Shown piece after piece: positions 40,633-50,056 of a stretch of DNA of 64,000 bases. The translations under genes were made by a program, and so were the position numbers. The DNA comes from Phycisphaeraceae bacterium (lineage in GTDB: Bacteria; Planctomycetota; Phycisphaerae; Phycisphaerales; Zrk34). The notes beneath the pieces are model-generated. The model searched no databases. It was not told the DNA's origin and saw only the letters and a list, made by a program, of their open reading frames with translations. How positions within the stretch are numbered: position 1 is the first letter of the stretch; each line of letters opens with the position of its first letter. The stretch is from NCBI GenBank assembly GCA_040905565.1, contig JBBDRF010000083.1, forward strand, positions 1-64,000, given 5' to 3'.

Positions 40633-42379
40633 GGCCCTCACCTCCCTGCGCCAACGCTCCATCGCTCACAGCGGGCTGATCCGATGCCGCCGATTGCTGA
40701 TGGCGATAAATGTCATCCTCCGGCCGAGGCGGCACGGTCAGATCCTCAAACGTGTCCGCATCGAACGGCAACGGCGACGGGATCGAAAGCTCCACCGTCG
40801 TCCGAAAGTTGTACCCGTGCGGATCGTTGCCCGGCGTCACCGCCAGCGGCTTCACAATGTAGCCCGCGTCACGCAGCCGCCGATCCAGATCGATCAGCAC
40901 CTTGCCGCTGCGGGCGTGGAGGTTCAGCCGAATCGACCCGCTGGTCGTCGTCGCGAAGTTCGAAACATAAACCTCTTCGCTCGGCGGCAGCACCGAACTC
41001 AGATACAGATAATGATTCAGCCAGCTTCGCCGCCCCTCAACCCACTCATCAACGTTGCGTGCGTGCAGCTGAATCCGACGAAACTCGTCACGCATATCGC
41101 GAAGGTCTTCAACCTGCGAACGGATCCCCTCAAGCGTCCGCTCCCGCTGCCCCATCTGCGTCACCCGCTGATAGCCGATGCCGACGATCACCAGCAGCAC
41201 CGCCGCCGCTGCCGTCGCCATCTTCAGCCGGCGATGATCCTTCTTCACCGTCGGCCGCGTCGGGTGCAGAAAATCGAACGGCAGCCCCTGCTTGTCCGTC
41301 GCGCTGATGGCCAGACCGATCGCCGCGACCGCCGCCGACGCACGGTCAGCCCCCTGCCCCTTGTAGCCCAGGTCACTCGCCGGATCGATCGGATGGCAAG
41401 GCACGCCCAGCCGCTCGGCCAGCGCCGCCGCCACCGCAAGCTCGCGCCCCGTTTCACCGGCCACGATCACATGCCCCACTTCCTTGTGCTCCGGATGAAC
41501 CCGGTAACCATGAAGCGATCGCACCACTTCCTTCGTCACCCCCGCAATCAGCGCCCGCCCGTCGGCAGGCTCCGCGACAAGATCAACCTTTTCATCCTCA
41601 TCCTCGTCGCCGTGGCCCTGCGCTTCCGCGTCGTCGTGATGGCCCTGCAGATTCGCCGCTGCCACTCGGCTGAACGCCAGCCGACTTTCCACCAGGATGT
41701 CGATGATGACTTCATCGGGTCTGAGCGAAACCAGCCCCACCGCCTGCTGATTGTCGTCCACGCCGCACGCTTCAACGGTGCGCACGTTCGCGTAAGATCG
41801 CAGCCCCAGACCGATGAGTTTCAGGTCCGCCGCCTGCGCCATCTCGCCGTAATGCTCGACCACGCTTCGGCGCGTGATGGCTGCGAGCACGTCGACCGTC
41901 GGCCCCGCATCGCCCTCACCATCCTCGGCTTTCTCTTTGTCCGCCGAGCTCGGCTTCGCTTCGTGATAACGATGGATGGTGAAGTCCACCACCGCTTCCT
42001 CCGCAGGGAACGGCAGCTCCTTACCGACCTGAAAATGCACCATCCCCGCAAGCTCGTCGGGGTCATCAGGCATCGGCAGCGTGATCGGCTTAAGCATCAC
42101 CTGCCCGCGCGGGATGCCCATCACCACGCCGTTCTTCGATTTCACCTTCAGCCCCCGCAGCGCTTCGCCCAGCCACGCACCGCAGGCAGCCGAATCCTTC
42201 TGATCCAGCTCAGCCGGCAGATCGACCGCACCGAGGTACGTGATCTTCGGCCGCCTGCCGCGATACGAAACCTGCGCGATGCGCACCACGTGACCGTCGA
42301 AGTCCACCGCCGTCACGCTCGCAGGCGTCGGCCGATTCTTCTTCGGTGCAAGCATCCGTTTTGCCCCTGATCCGATCAT
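40625..42379 (-). CDS. PilM-PilN-like (GspL-type) assembly platform protein
   Basis: AVDFDG..VRIAQV, ELPFPAEEAVVDF, AAIGLA actin-like domain; FDFLHP, TM, then PilN-like periplasmic part. Confidence 0.8.
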   Translation of the reverse strand: MIGSGAKRMLAPKKNRPTPASVTAVDFDGHVVRIAQVSYRGRRPKITYLGAVDLPAELDQKDSAACGAWLGEALRGLKVKSKNGVVMGIPRGQVMLKPITLPMPDDPDELAGMVHFQVGKELPFPAEEAVVDFTIHRYHEAKPSSADKEKAEDGEGDAGPTVDVLAAITRRSVVEHYGEMAQAADLKLIGLGLRSYANVRTVEACGVDDNQQAVGLVSLRPDEVIIDILVESRLAFSRVAAANLQGHHDDAEAQGHGDEDEDEKVDLVAEPADGRALIAGVTKEVVRSLHGYRVHPEHKEVGHVIVAGETGRELAVAAALAERLGVPCHPIDPASDLGYKGQGADRASAAVAAIGLAISATDKQGLPFDFLHPTRPTVKKDHRRLKMATAAAAVLLVIVGIGYQRVTQMGQRERTLEGIRSQVEDLRDMRDEFRRIQLHARNVDEWVEGRRSWLNHYLYLSSVLPPSEEVYVSNFATTTSGSIRLNLHARSGKVLIDLDRRLRDAGYIVKPLAVTPGNDPHGYNFRTTVELSIPSPLPFDADTFEDLTVPPRPEDDIYRHQQSAASDQPAVSDGALAQGGEGHE

Positions 42380-44100
42380 GGTCTGGTCCTTGCCAGTGTG
42401 CCGCCACTGCCGCCATTGTCTTCCATCGGCAAGGGCGGGCCAAGTCGCGTTAAGTCACGCAGGTAAACCACACGCGGCGTGGGCCCCGCAATGTCGATTA
42501 CCGCTTCGATCACCCGGTACCGTCGCGACGGCACGGCGTATGCGAACACCTGCACATGAAACTGATAGCTCCGCGTCGTCAGATATGGCGACAACGCGAC
42601 GAAACTGCTCACGCTCAGAAGATCATCTTCAAGCAGCCACGCGATGGATTCACGCTGCGTTTCATCGAGCCCCTCACGGTTCGCCACGATCGTCTCCGCC
42701 AGCGCCTCGTCCACGCCCGGCAGCCCGGTCAGCACCTCCAGCGAAGCCGTATTCACATTCACCCGCCCACGAATCACCGGCTCGTCCGTCGTCGTGCAAC
42801 GATCAAGGAGATCCGGCAAATCCTCCACCGCGATCGGCGAGGCATACTCCTCATCCTCATCATCTTCGTTGGGCATCGTGCGCGCGTTCAGCAACGCCGC
42901 CACGCTCTCGAGCGGTTCATCCGAACGCCACACCGCTTCGAGGTAGGCGATGAGTTCTTCCGAGGCTTCAAGCGATTCAAGGTCCGCTTCCGGATCGTTC
43001 AGGTTCACCCGCGGCTGACCGCTACGGTCAACGTTCGGCTCATACGACAAGAGCGTGGCGAAATCGCGCAGACCACGCTGCTCCAATCGCACCGCATTGT
43101 CAGGCGGCAAATCCACCGCTGAGATCGTCCGCGGTTCATCGTCGGCCTCGGCCTCGACCATTTCATCACGCCCGTAAAGCAGCGCCAGGTTCACATCCTG
43201 CACCGCAAGCAAATGGTCCGTGCTGACCATCCCTTCCAGGTCCACGCTCCCCGCACTTCCACCACCGCTGCTGCTGGTTGAGCTCCCGGCACTTTCAATG
43301 CTTGTGCCGTCGGCCTCGTCGATGTTCGCGTCGGATTCGTCATCGGTTTCCGCGCTGTCGTCATCGTCGAACAGATCGTCATCGAACGCCGAGTCGAACG
43401 CACCGGCGAGGTCGTCCTCCGGCGATGCATCAGCCTCGGCATCGGCCTCGGTCTCGGCGTCAGGGTCCAGATCGTCCGCGGTCAGCAGTGAGGTGCCCGC
43501 CGATTCGGAGCCGAGGAAATCCTTGATCCGCTCCGCCACAGCCAGCGAAAGCTCGGGCAACTCCGCCACTTCGACCGCCTCGACGCGATGCAGATTCAGC
43601 TTCGATGCTTCATCGGTCAGCCCGTACCGCACCGCGCTGCCCTCCTCCGCAGGAGGCGCGTACAGCGTGAAGTACCATTGGTCCTGCCCGTCATCCATGA
43701 CCAGTTGATCCTGGAAGCTCTCGGGGTTGTCACGCCAGAGTTGATCGGCATGGGCGTTGTCGCGTGTGATCTGGAACGCCATGGCGAGGCCGCTCATCGC
43801 CACGGCGCGCGACTGCTCCCCCGCCCCCGCCGCTGCGTGACTGGCCTCCTCCGCCCGCACACGGAACATGAGGCTGACCACAATCAGCGACGTCATCATC
43901 GTGACCACCAGCACCGCCAACAGCGCGAAGCCCCGCCGCCCCCACCGCCGGGTGCCCCGGCCAGCGCAGACGGCCGGGCGGAAATCACACAACGTGTCCG
44001 AATCTCCCCTCGCGCGCAGACCGAACCCGGCCGTCTCGCTTCGCTCGCTGGCCGGGGCACCCTTCTGCGAGGGCATCACGTTGTGCCGCGGTGTTGTCAA
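42376..44100 (-). CDS. gspK: Minor pseudopilin GspK
   Basis: RRG|FALLAVL (no E5, typical of GspK), DEASKLNL, RVNVNTASLEVLTGLPGV, TTRS; start uncertain (TTG 44100, ATG 44076 or TTG 43992). Confidence 0.88.
   Translation of the reverse strand: MTTPRHNVMPSQKGAPASERSETAGFGLRARGDSDTLCDFRPAVCAGRGTRRWGRRGFALLAVLVVTMMTSLIVVSLMFRVRAEEASHAAAGAGEQSRAVAMSGLAMAFQITRDNAHADQLWRDNPESFQDQLVMDDGQDQWYFTLYAPPAEEGSAVRYGLTDEASKLNLHRVEAVEVAELPELSLAVAERIKDFLGSESAGTSLLTADDLDPDAETEADAEADASPEDDLAGAFDSAFDDDLFDDDDSAETDDESDANIDEADGTSIESAGSSTSSSGGGSAGSVDLEGMVSTDHLLAVQDVNLALLYGRDEMVEAEADDEPRTISAVDLPPDNAVRLEQRGLRDFATLLSYEPNVDRSGQPRVNLNDPEADLESLEASEELIAYLEAVWRSDEPLESVAALLNARTMPNEDDEDEEYASPIAVEDLPDLLDRCTTTDEPVIRGRVNVNTASLEVLTGLPGVDEALAETIVANREGLDETQRESIAWLLEDDLLSVSSFVALSPYLTTRSYQFHVQVFAYAVPSRRYRVIEAVIDIAGPTPRVVYLRDLTRLGPPLPMEDNGGSGGTLARTRP
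43950..44063. repeat. Inverted pair of family-A REP-like palindromes (43950-43978 and 44026-44063)
   Basis: Direct match to the 3745-3782 and 54033-54061 copies. Confidence 0.8.
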
Positions 44101-45017
44101 AACAAATCCCCCAACGGATCGGCATCGGCGTCCTGATCCTCGTCCTCATCCTCTGCGAATTCGTCCACCTCGCCCGGGACGGTATAGCCGACGTTCACCG
44201 TCCGCCGATACACATCCTGCGCGTACTCCTCCGGGCTCAACTCCTCGGGCACCGGCTCTGCCGCCAGCATGATCTCCACCGCACCCGGCAGTTCCGGCCC
44301 CTGCCAACTCTCCGACCAGGCACTGCCGTCCCAGTACCGAAACCGCATGAAGCGAAGCCGTTCCGTCAGCACCAACGCCCCCTGCTGCTGTGCAGACGTC
44401 GCGCCCTCCGCCTCTGCTTCATCCAGTCCATCGCCTGCCGCGTCATCGCCCTCCCCGAACATGTCCAGCAGCGGATCGCCCTCTTCCTCCGCCATGTCCG
44501 GCGAATCCTCTTCGCCCGCCTCGGTCACACTCGACGACGCGGGGCTCGCCGGCTGCTCGGCACGCGTCAGGCCGACCGGCCGATCCTCCCCATCCCGCTG
44601 CACCGCATAGTTGACCAGGATCAGCCCGCTCGTATTGCGACGCCCTTCCGCGGGAAGCGTGGTTGTGGCAAAGCGGATCTGCTGTGACGATCCGGACATG
44701 CCGTGCCCCGCATCGTGATGCGCTGCTGCGCGCAGCTCAGCGGTCAGATGCTGCATCACCCGCCGCGCATCGCCCACCGCATCAAGCTGCTCGCTCACCG
44801 CCTGCCTGGTGTCCGCCGTTTGCCGATAGAACGAAAGCACCGCCAGGAACAAACCCGAAGCAATCACCACCGCCAACAAAACCTCAAGCAACGTGAACCC
44901 ACCCCCCACCTTGCCCGCTGCCCTTGCGAACCTGCGCATGCCCGAGAACGAGCCGCGACCGTAAGGGAGCGGTCCCCGCTCCGCATGCCGTGTTGCATGG
45001 AAAGCAGACCGCATCAC
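44097..45017 (-). CDS. gspJ: Minor pseudopilin GspJ-like
   Basis: GGG|FTLLEVLLAVVI; FRYWDGSAWSESW...LPGAVEI; alternative start 44939. Confidence 0.82.
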   Translation of the reverse strand: MMRSAFHATRHAERGPLPYGRGSFSGMRRFARAAGKVGGGFTLLEVLLAVVIASGLFLAVLSFYRQTADTRQAVSEQLDAVGDARRVMQHLTAELRAAAHHDAGHGMSGSSQQIRFATTTLPAEGRRNTSGLILVNYAVQRDGEDRPVGLTRAEQPASPASSSVTEAGEEDSPDMAEEEGDPLLDMFGEGDDAAGDGLDEAEAEGATSAQQQGALVLTERLRFMRFRYWDGSAWSESWQGPELPGAVEIMLAAEPVPEELSPEEYAQDVYRRTVNVGYTVPGEVDEFAEDEDEDQDADADPLGDLF

Positions 45018-45463
45018 AGCTCCTCCAGTCGCTCAAGGACGTTGCCTTCGCCCGAAGCGGCCGGGTCGATCACGAGAAACTGGTTCAGCCGATACGTCAC
45101 GTCGTCGGCCTCGTGAATGATCACCACTTCCACATTCCGCAGCCCGCCTGTCGCCTGACCCGAAGGCATCGGCGGGATCGTGACTTGCCAGGTCCAGTCC
45201 TCGTACGGCGCTTCGAACGGCTCGGGCCCCTCCGCCGTCACCGGCCGAATCCCCGCGGACATCTCAGAGATCACACTGACCGCCAGGTTCTCCGCTGTGA
45301 GTTCCCGACCCATGCGGAAGGCACTGTTGACCGAGGCGCTCATCCCGCCGACCACCACGCTTGCGGTAAGCACGAACAGCCCGAGCGCAATGATCACGTC
45401 CAGCAGCACCACGCCTTGCGGTGCGTTTGCCGAACCCAACCTGTTCATGCGTCCTCGATGCAT
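45014..45463 (-). CDS. Minor pseudopilin GspI-like
   Basis: PQG|VVLLDVIIALGLF (atypical V+1, D+5), LRNVEVVI; position between H and J. Confidence 0.72.
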   Translation of the reverse strand: MHRGRMNRLGSANAPQGVVLLDVIIALGLFVLTASVVVGGMSASVNSAFRMGRELTAENLAVSVISEMSAGIRPVTAEGPEPFEAPYEDWTWQVTIPPMPSGQATGGLRNVEVVIIHEADDVTYRLNQFLVIDPAASGEGNVLERLEEL

Positions 45464-45471
45464 CTGCTTCC

Positions 45472-46257
45472 TCAGCGTTCGATGCGATAGCTCGGGTCCG
45501 TTTCGCCGCCGAGGTCGAACTCACGTTCTGCCTCGCCACCGTCTTCCGCCTGTTGCGCCTGCTCCTCTTCGTCCACCTGCTCGCTGCTGGTGATGCGGCC
45601 GGTCATTCCCACGATGCGTACGACCATGCGTCGTTCGTCGAACACATCGCGTGAGAGCAACACGATCTCCGCCGACTCGCTCGAGCCATCGGGGTAGAAC
45701 TCAACGGCCGGCGGCGTCTCGGGCATCTCCCGCTCCAGCTCATCAAGCTCATCGCCCCCCCGCCCCAGCGGCCGCACCTCCCGCACTGCGACCACAACGT
45801 TCACCTGTGCCTGCGGATTGCGTAGCGCATGCACCTGCTGATACCCGCCCGCAAAATGTTCCGCCGTCGCGCCGCCGCCCGACTCCTCATCCTCGCCGTC
45901 CGACTGCACGCCGTACCGCGCCTCCCCCGTCCCAAGCTGTTCCTCCGCGTTACGCGGTTTTTCCAGAAACATGATGCGATAAACCGGATCCGTAAAACTG
46001 TCATCCTCATCAAGCGCGAACGCCAGCCGCACCGGCCTCTGCGTATGAGCCGCATGCGCCCGCGCCAGCACCAGGGCCGTCTTCAGCCGCTTAACGCCCT
46101 CGTCCAGCTCCGCCCCGCGCGATAGCGTGGCGAAGTTGAAGACGATCGCCCCCATCAAAAGCATCACCACCGCCAGCGCGATCAGCATCTCAACGAGGCT
46201 GAACGCGCCGGCGTGTGGCAACGCTTGACCGCTATCGGCAAGGCGAAAACGAACCAC
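45472..46257 (-). CDS. Minor pseudopilin GspH/FimT-like
   Basis: GA|FSLVEMLIAL, ARAHAA, VEFYPDGSS, GMTGRI; GTG start just after the gspG stop. Confidence 0.8.
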   Translation of the reverse strand: MVRFRLADSGQALPHAGAFSLVEMLIALAVVMLLMGAIVFNFATLSRGAELDEGVKRLKTALVLARAHAAHTQRPVRLAFALDEDDSFTDPVYRIMFLEKPRNAEEQLGTGEARYGVQSDGEDEESGGGATAEHFAGGYQQVHALRNPQAQVNVVVAVREVRPLGRGGDELDELEREMPETPPAVEFYPDGSSESAEIVLLSRDVFDERRMVVRIVGMTGRITSSEQVDEEEQAQQAEDGGEAEREFDLGGETDPSYRIER

Positions 46258-46258
46258 G

Positions 46259-46738
46259 TTACAACGCTTCTTCTTCGTCGCTCTGATGTCCGCTCGGGAA
46301 CACATCATCGTCGGTTTCCTGCTGACCATCCGGGCCCACCGAGAACAGGCGATAAGGTTCCGCGTTCTCCTCATCGCTCAAGGCTGCGTCCTGCGGTTCG
46401 TAGACCAGGTCGTAACCCCAAGCATCCGTGAATTCCGTACCACGGCTCACGTAAGGCCCGCGCCACCGATCGCCCAGCCGCTCGTTCTCGAACTCCGGCT
46501 GCTCGCCCAAAGCATCCAGCCCGCCCATGTCTTCCGTGGGGTACTGACCCACCTGAAGCCGAAACGTCTGCAACGCCGTCTCGATCTGGTCCAGCTTCAG
46601 CTGCGTCGTATCGCGCTCCGCACCTTCGCTCTGCGGCAGCACAAAAACCACCATCGCACCGGCGAGCATCAAGATGATCACCAGCACCAACAGCACCTCG
46701 ATCAATGTAAAACCGCTCTTTGCTACACGTCGCACCAT
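46259..46738 (-). CDS. gspG: Major pseudopilin GspG
   Basis: SG|FTLIEVLLVL, ALQTFRLQVGQYPT, WRGPY, DAWG, SVGPDGQ.TDDD; AAAGGA RBS. Confidence 0.93.
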   Translation of the reverse strand: MVRRVAKSGFTLIEVLLVLVIILMLAGAMVVFVLPQSEGAERDTTQLKLDQIETALQTFRLQVGQYPTEDMGGLDALGEQPEFENERLGDRWRGPYVSRGTEFTDAWGYDLVYEPQDAALSDEENAEPYRLFSVGPDGQQETDDDVFPSGHQSDEEEAL

Positions 46739-46809
46739 CGTCTCAAATCCTTTCGTTGAAGCAATCGCACCGGGCATCCGGCCCGGCCGAGGGGAATGTC
46801 TCAACCAGC

Positions 46810-48006
46810 TCAGTTTCCAAGCGAGCCGGCCATCGTGAATATCGGTAAGATCAAGCCCATCGCGATGAACCCGATCGCCCCCGCCACCAGGCACAAGACC
46901 AACGGCTCGATCAGACGCACCGCCTGGTCCACCTGCCGATTCGTCCGCCGCTCCACCGTGTCCGCGATCTGCAATAGCACCTTCTCAAGTTGATTCGATT
47001 CTTCCGCCACCGCAATCATCGCCAGCACCTGGTCCGGAAAGAACCCCCCCACGCTCAAAGGCCCCGACAGGCTCTCGCCCGCCCGAACGCTCTCCGCCGC
47101 CTGCGCAATCCGATCCGACATGATCTTTGAACCGATCGCATCCTTACTGATCGCCAGCGCCTGCAAAAGCGGCACCCCGTTCGCCAGCATCGTCCCCAAA
47201 ATGCGGCAAAAACGCGTGATCGCCACCATCCGCAGCGCATTACCCACAATCGGAATCTTCAGCCGCCACCGCTCCAGCGCCCGCTGCCCCGCCTCGGTCC
47301 GCATCGTCAAATACAGCCCCACGCAAAGCGCCACCACCCCGGGAATCAGCACAAACCAGTACCCCCGCACCACCGTACTCATGCCGAACACCACCACCGT
47401 CGGCAACGGCTTCACCGCATCCTCAAGCAACGGCTCAAATTGAGGCACGAAGAAAACCAACGCCCCCACCATCACAATCGTGCCCACCAGCGCCAGAATC
47501 GCTGGGTAAATCAGCGCCCCGACCACCGTCCCCCGCAGCTCATCCACGCGCTCAATGAACGTCGCCAGCGACGCCAGCACATCCTCCAGAAAGCTCGCCC
47601 GCTCACCGGCACGCACCATCACCACATGCAGCGACGGGAACACCTGCGGGAACATCTGCATCGCTTCGAACAATGCCTTGCCTTCCGCCACCTCGGCCCG
47701 CACGTCCCGAATCACCTGCGCCAGCTTCTTGTTCACCGTCGACCGCGCGATCGAATCAAGCGACCGCAGCAACGGCACCCCCGTATTCAAAAGATCCGCC
47801 AGCTGCGAATACATCAGCCCCAGGTCCGTCGCCCGCACCCGCACCTTCGCCGCGTCAGGTTGAGTTGATCGCTTCGCCGTGATCTGCACCGGGAACAGTT
47901 TCTTCTCATCGAGCAGGCGTAACACAGCCGCTTCGGTCTCCGCTTCCAGAGAGCCGACCACCTTCTGGCCGTTGCCGCTGCGTGCTGTGTATTCGAATTC
48001 CGCCAT
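46810..48006 (-). CDS. gspF: T2SS inner-membrane platform protein GspF/PilC
   Basis: QLADLLNTGVPL, ALIYP, RFCRILGTMLANGVPL, IEP, LPIF. Confidence 0.95.
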   Translation of the reverse strand: MAEFEYTARSGNGQKVVGSLEAETEAAVLRLLDEKKLFPVQITAKRSTQPDAAKVRVRATDLGLMYSQLADLLNTGVPLLRSLDSIARSTVNKKLAQVIRDVRAEVAEGKALFEAMQMFPQVFPSLHVVMVRAGERASFLEDVLASLATFIERVDELRGTVVGALIYPAILALVGTIVMVGALVFFVPQFEPLLEDAVKPLPTVVVFGMSTVVRGYWFVLIPGVVALCVGLYLTMRTEAGQRALERWRLKIPIVGNALRMVAITRFCRILGTMLANGVPLLQALAISKDAIGSKIMSDRIAQAAESVRAGESLSGPLSVGGFFPDQVLAMIAVAEESNQLEKVLLQIADTVERRTNRQVDQAVRLIEPLVLCLVAGAIGFIAMGLILPIFTMAGSLGN

Positions 48007-48039
48007 GCGTTCCTGGTCCCCCCCGGTGCCTCTGCCTCA

Positions 48040-49707
48040 TCAACCCGCCGTCACACGAAGGACCTCCTCCACCGTCGTGTCGCCCTGGCGGACACGATGC
48101 CAACCATCTTCCCGCAGCAGCTTCAGCCCCGAAAGCCGCCCTGCCTCCACCAGCTCGTGAGCCGGCGAACGCGTCATGATCTTCTCCGCAAGCTGATTGT
48201 TCATCGTCAGCAGTTCGTAAATGCCCATCCGCCCCTTGTACCCGACATCCCGGCACGCCCGACAGCCCGCCCCCTCATAGAACGCCGCATCCGTCGGCGC
48301 GTCCGCAGGCAGATTCATCGTCGACGGATCAACCTCCACCTTGCATTCCGGACAGATCCGCCGCACCAGCCGCTGCGCCATCGCACCGATCAAAGTCGAG
48401 CTCACAAGGAACGGTTCCACGCCCATGTCTATCAACCGCGTTGCCGCCGAGGCCGAGTCGTTCGTATGCAGCGTCGAAAGCACAAGGTGCCCCGTCAACG
48501 CCGCCTGCGTCGCCGCCTGCGCCGTCTCAAGGTCACGAATCTCACCGATCATCACCACGTCCGGGTCATGCCTCAAAATCGCACGCAGGCCCATCCCGAA
48601 GCTCATCCCCACCTTGTGATCCACCGGAATCTGGTTCACCCCATCAAGGTGATACTCGACGGGATCTTCAACGGTGAGCACCTTTTTATCAGGCCCCACG
48701 ATGGCGTTCAGGGCGGCGTAAAGCGTCGTCGTTTTACCCGAACCCGTCGGGCCCGTCACAAGGATGATGCCGTGCGGCCGCGTGATCAGTTCCTGGAAAC
48801 GGCCGTAGGCTTCGCCCGCCATCCCCAGCTGCTCCAGCCCGATCAGCACGTTGTCCTTATCGAGAATACGCATCACGATGCCTTCGCCGAAGAGCATCGG
48901 AATCACCGAAACACGCACATCAATCTGCCTTCCGTCCACGGCGAACTTGATGCGCCCATCCTGAGGCAGCCGCTTCTCCGCAATGTTCATATTCGCCAGG
49001 ATTTTCAGTCGGCTGATGATCGCCGCCTGGAACCGGTGAATCTGCGGAGGCACTGCTGCGTCCTGCAGCACGCCGTCGATGCGGTAGCGGATCGAAAGGT
49101 TGTGCTCGTAAGGCTCGATGTGAATATCGCTGGCCCGCTCGTGGATGGCTTCGAGAATGATCTCGTTGACCAGCTTGATGACGCTCGCTTCCTGCGCCAT
49201 CTCCAGCAGGTCCTGCGTGTCATCCGAGCCGGCCCGCAGGTCGACCTGATCGCCGTTGGTGCCGACCATCTCGTCGACCGTGTCGCCGCCGACGCCGTAG
49301 TGAGCCTTGATGAGCTTGTCGATCTCGTCGCTCGGCGCAAGTACGGGGCGAATCGTCAGCCCCGTCATCAGCCTCATCTCATCGAACACGTACGGATCGA
49401 ACGCGTCGCTCGTCGCCACATCAAGCGTGCCGTTGTGCCTGGCGATCGGCATCAGCCGTTTGCGGTAGACGAACTTGGAAGGCAGCGCCTTGATGGCTGC
49501 ATCCTCCACGCGGTACCCCGCCAGATCGATCACCGGGAAATCGAACTGCTCGCCGACCACCTCCAGCAGCTGCCGCTCGGAAACGTAGCCCAGGCTCAGC
49601 AGCGCCTGGTCCATCCGCAGCCCGTCGGCCTTATGCACCCTGACCGCTTCGGAGAGCTGCTCCGGCGTGATCAGAGACTTTTCAAGCAGGACTTCAGTCA
49701 AGTTCAT
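48040..49707 (-). CDS. gspE: T2SS ATPase GspE/PilB
   Basis: ASDIHIEP, GPTGSGKTTT, TVEDPVEY, LRHDPDVVMIGEIRD, TLHTN, CPEC..CRAC. Confidence 0.96.
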   Translation of the reverse strand: MNLTEVLLEKSLITPEQLSEAVRVHKADGLRMDQALLSLGYVSERQLLEVVGEQFDFPVIDLAGYRVEDAAIKALPSKFVYRKRLMPIARHNGTLDVATSDAFDPYVFDEMRLMTGLTIRPVLAPSDEIDKLIKAHYGVGGDTVDEMVGTNGDQVDLRAGSDDTQDLLEMAQEASVIKLVNEIILEAIHERASDIHIEPYEHNLSIRYRIDGVLQDAAVPPQIHRFQAAIISRLKILANMNIAEKRLPQDGRIKFAVDGRQIDVRVSVIPMLFGEGIVMRILDKDNVLIGLEQLGMAGEAYGRFQELITRPHGIILVTGPTGSGKTTTLYAALNAIVGPDKKVLTVEDPVEYHLDGVNQIPVDHKVGMSFGMGLRAILRHDPDVVMIGEIRDLETAQAATQAALTGHLVLSTLHTNDSASAATRLIDMGVEPFLVSSTLIGAMAQRLVRRICPECKVEVDPSTMNLPADAPTDAAFYEGAGCRACRDVGYKGRMGIYELLTMNNQLAEKIMTRSPAHELVEAGRLSGLKLLREDGWHRVRQGDTTVEEVLRVTAG

Positions 49708-49902
49708 TACGTTAACCAGATCGCCGCTTGGTCAATGTCCGTTGCGACTTCGTTAATTTTGGTGGGGACCGTAGAGGGTCTAGCGGTGCAGGGGCGGGTT
49801 TGATTGCACCGAATTTTGGGGAGCATTAGATGTTCGTGCAGGAACGTTACATCATTATCCTCTGTACGCCGGAGCAAGTCAACGATTGCATGCCATGTCC
49901 AA

Positions 49903-49918
49903 GGAAAGTCCCGTGCCA
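49903..49918 (-). promoter_or_regulatory. Possible sigma-54-like promoter for the T2SS operon
   Basis: Minus strand TGGCACGGGACTTTCC versus consensus TGGCACG-N4-TTGC; the conserved -12 G is mismatched. Confidence 0.25.
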
Positions 49919-50056
49919 TCATTTTGTGTTGGATTCTGCCGATCCCTACCATAAGATACTGTGGTGACGGGCAACAGCCGCCTGCAACGGGCGCGCGCCG
50001 CCACGATCTTTCACCAAGCGTCGGGGACATGCCAACCCTGCTTAAAGAACCCCGCC

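Noticed and set aside
49708..50056. oriC call
   Set aside because: Only poor DnaA-box matches (e.g. TTATCCTCT) and no dnaA/dnaN nearby; kept only as a skew observation.
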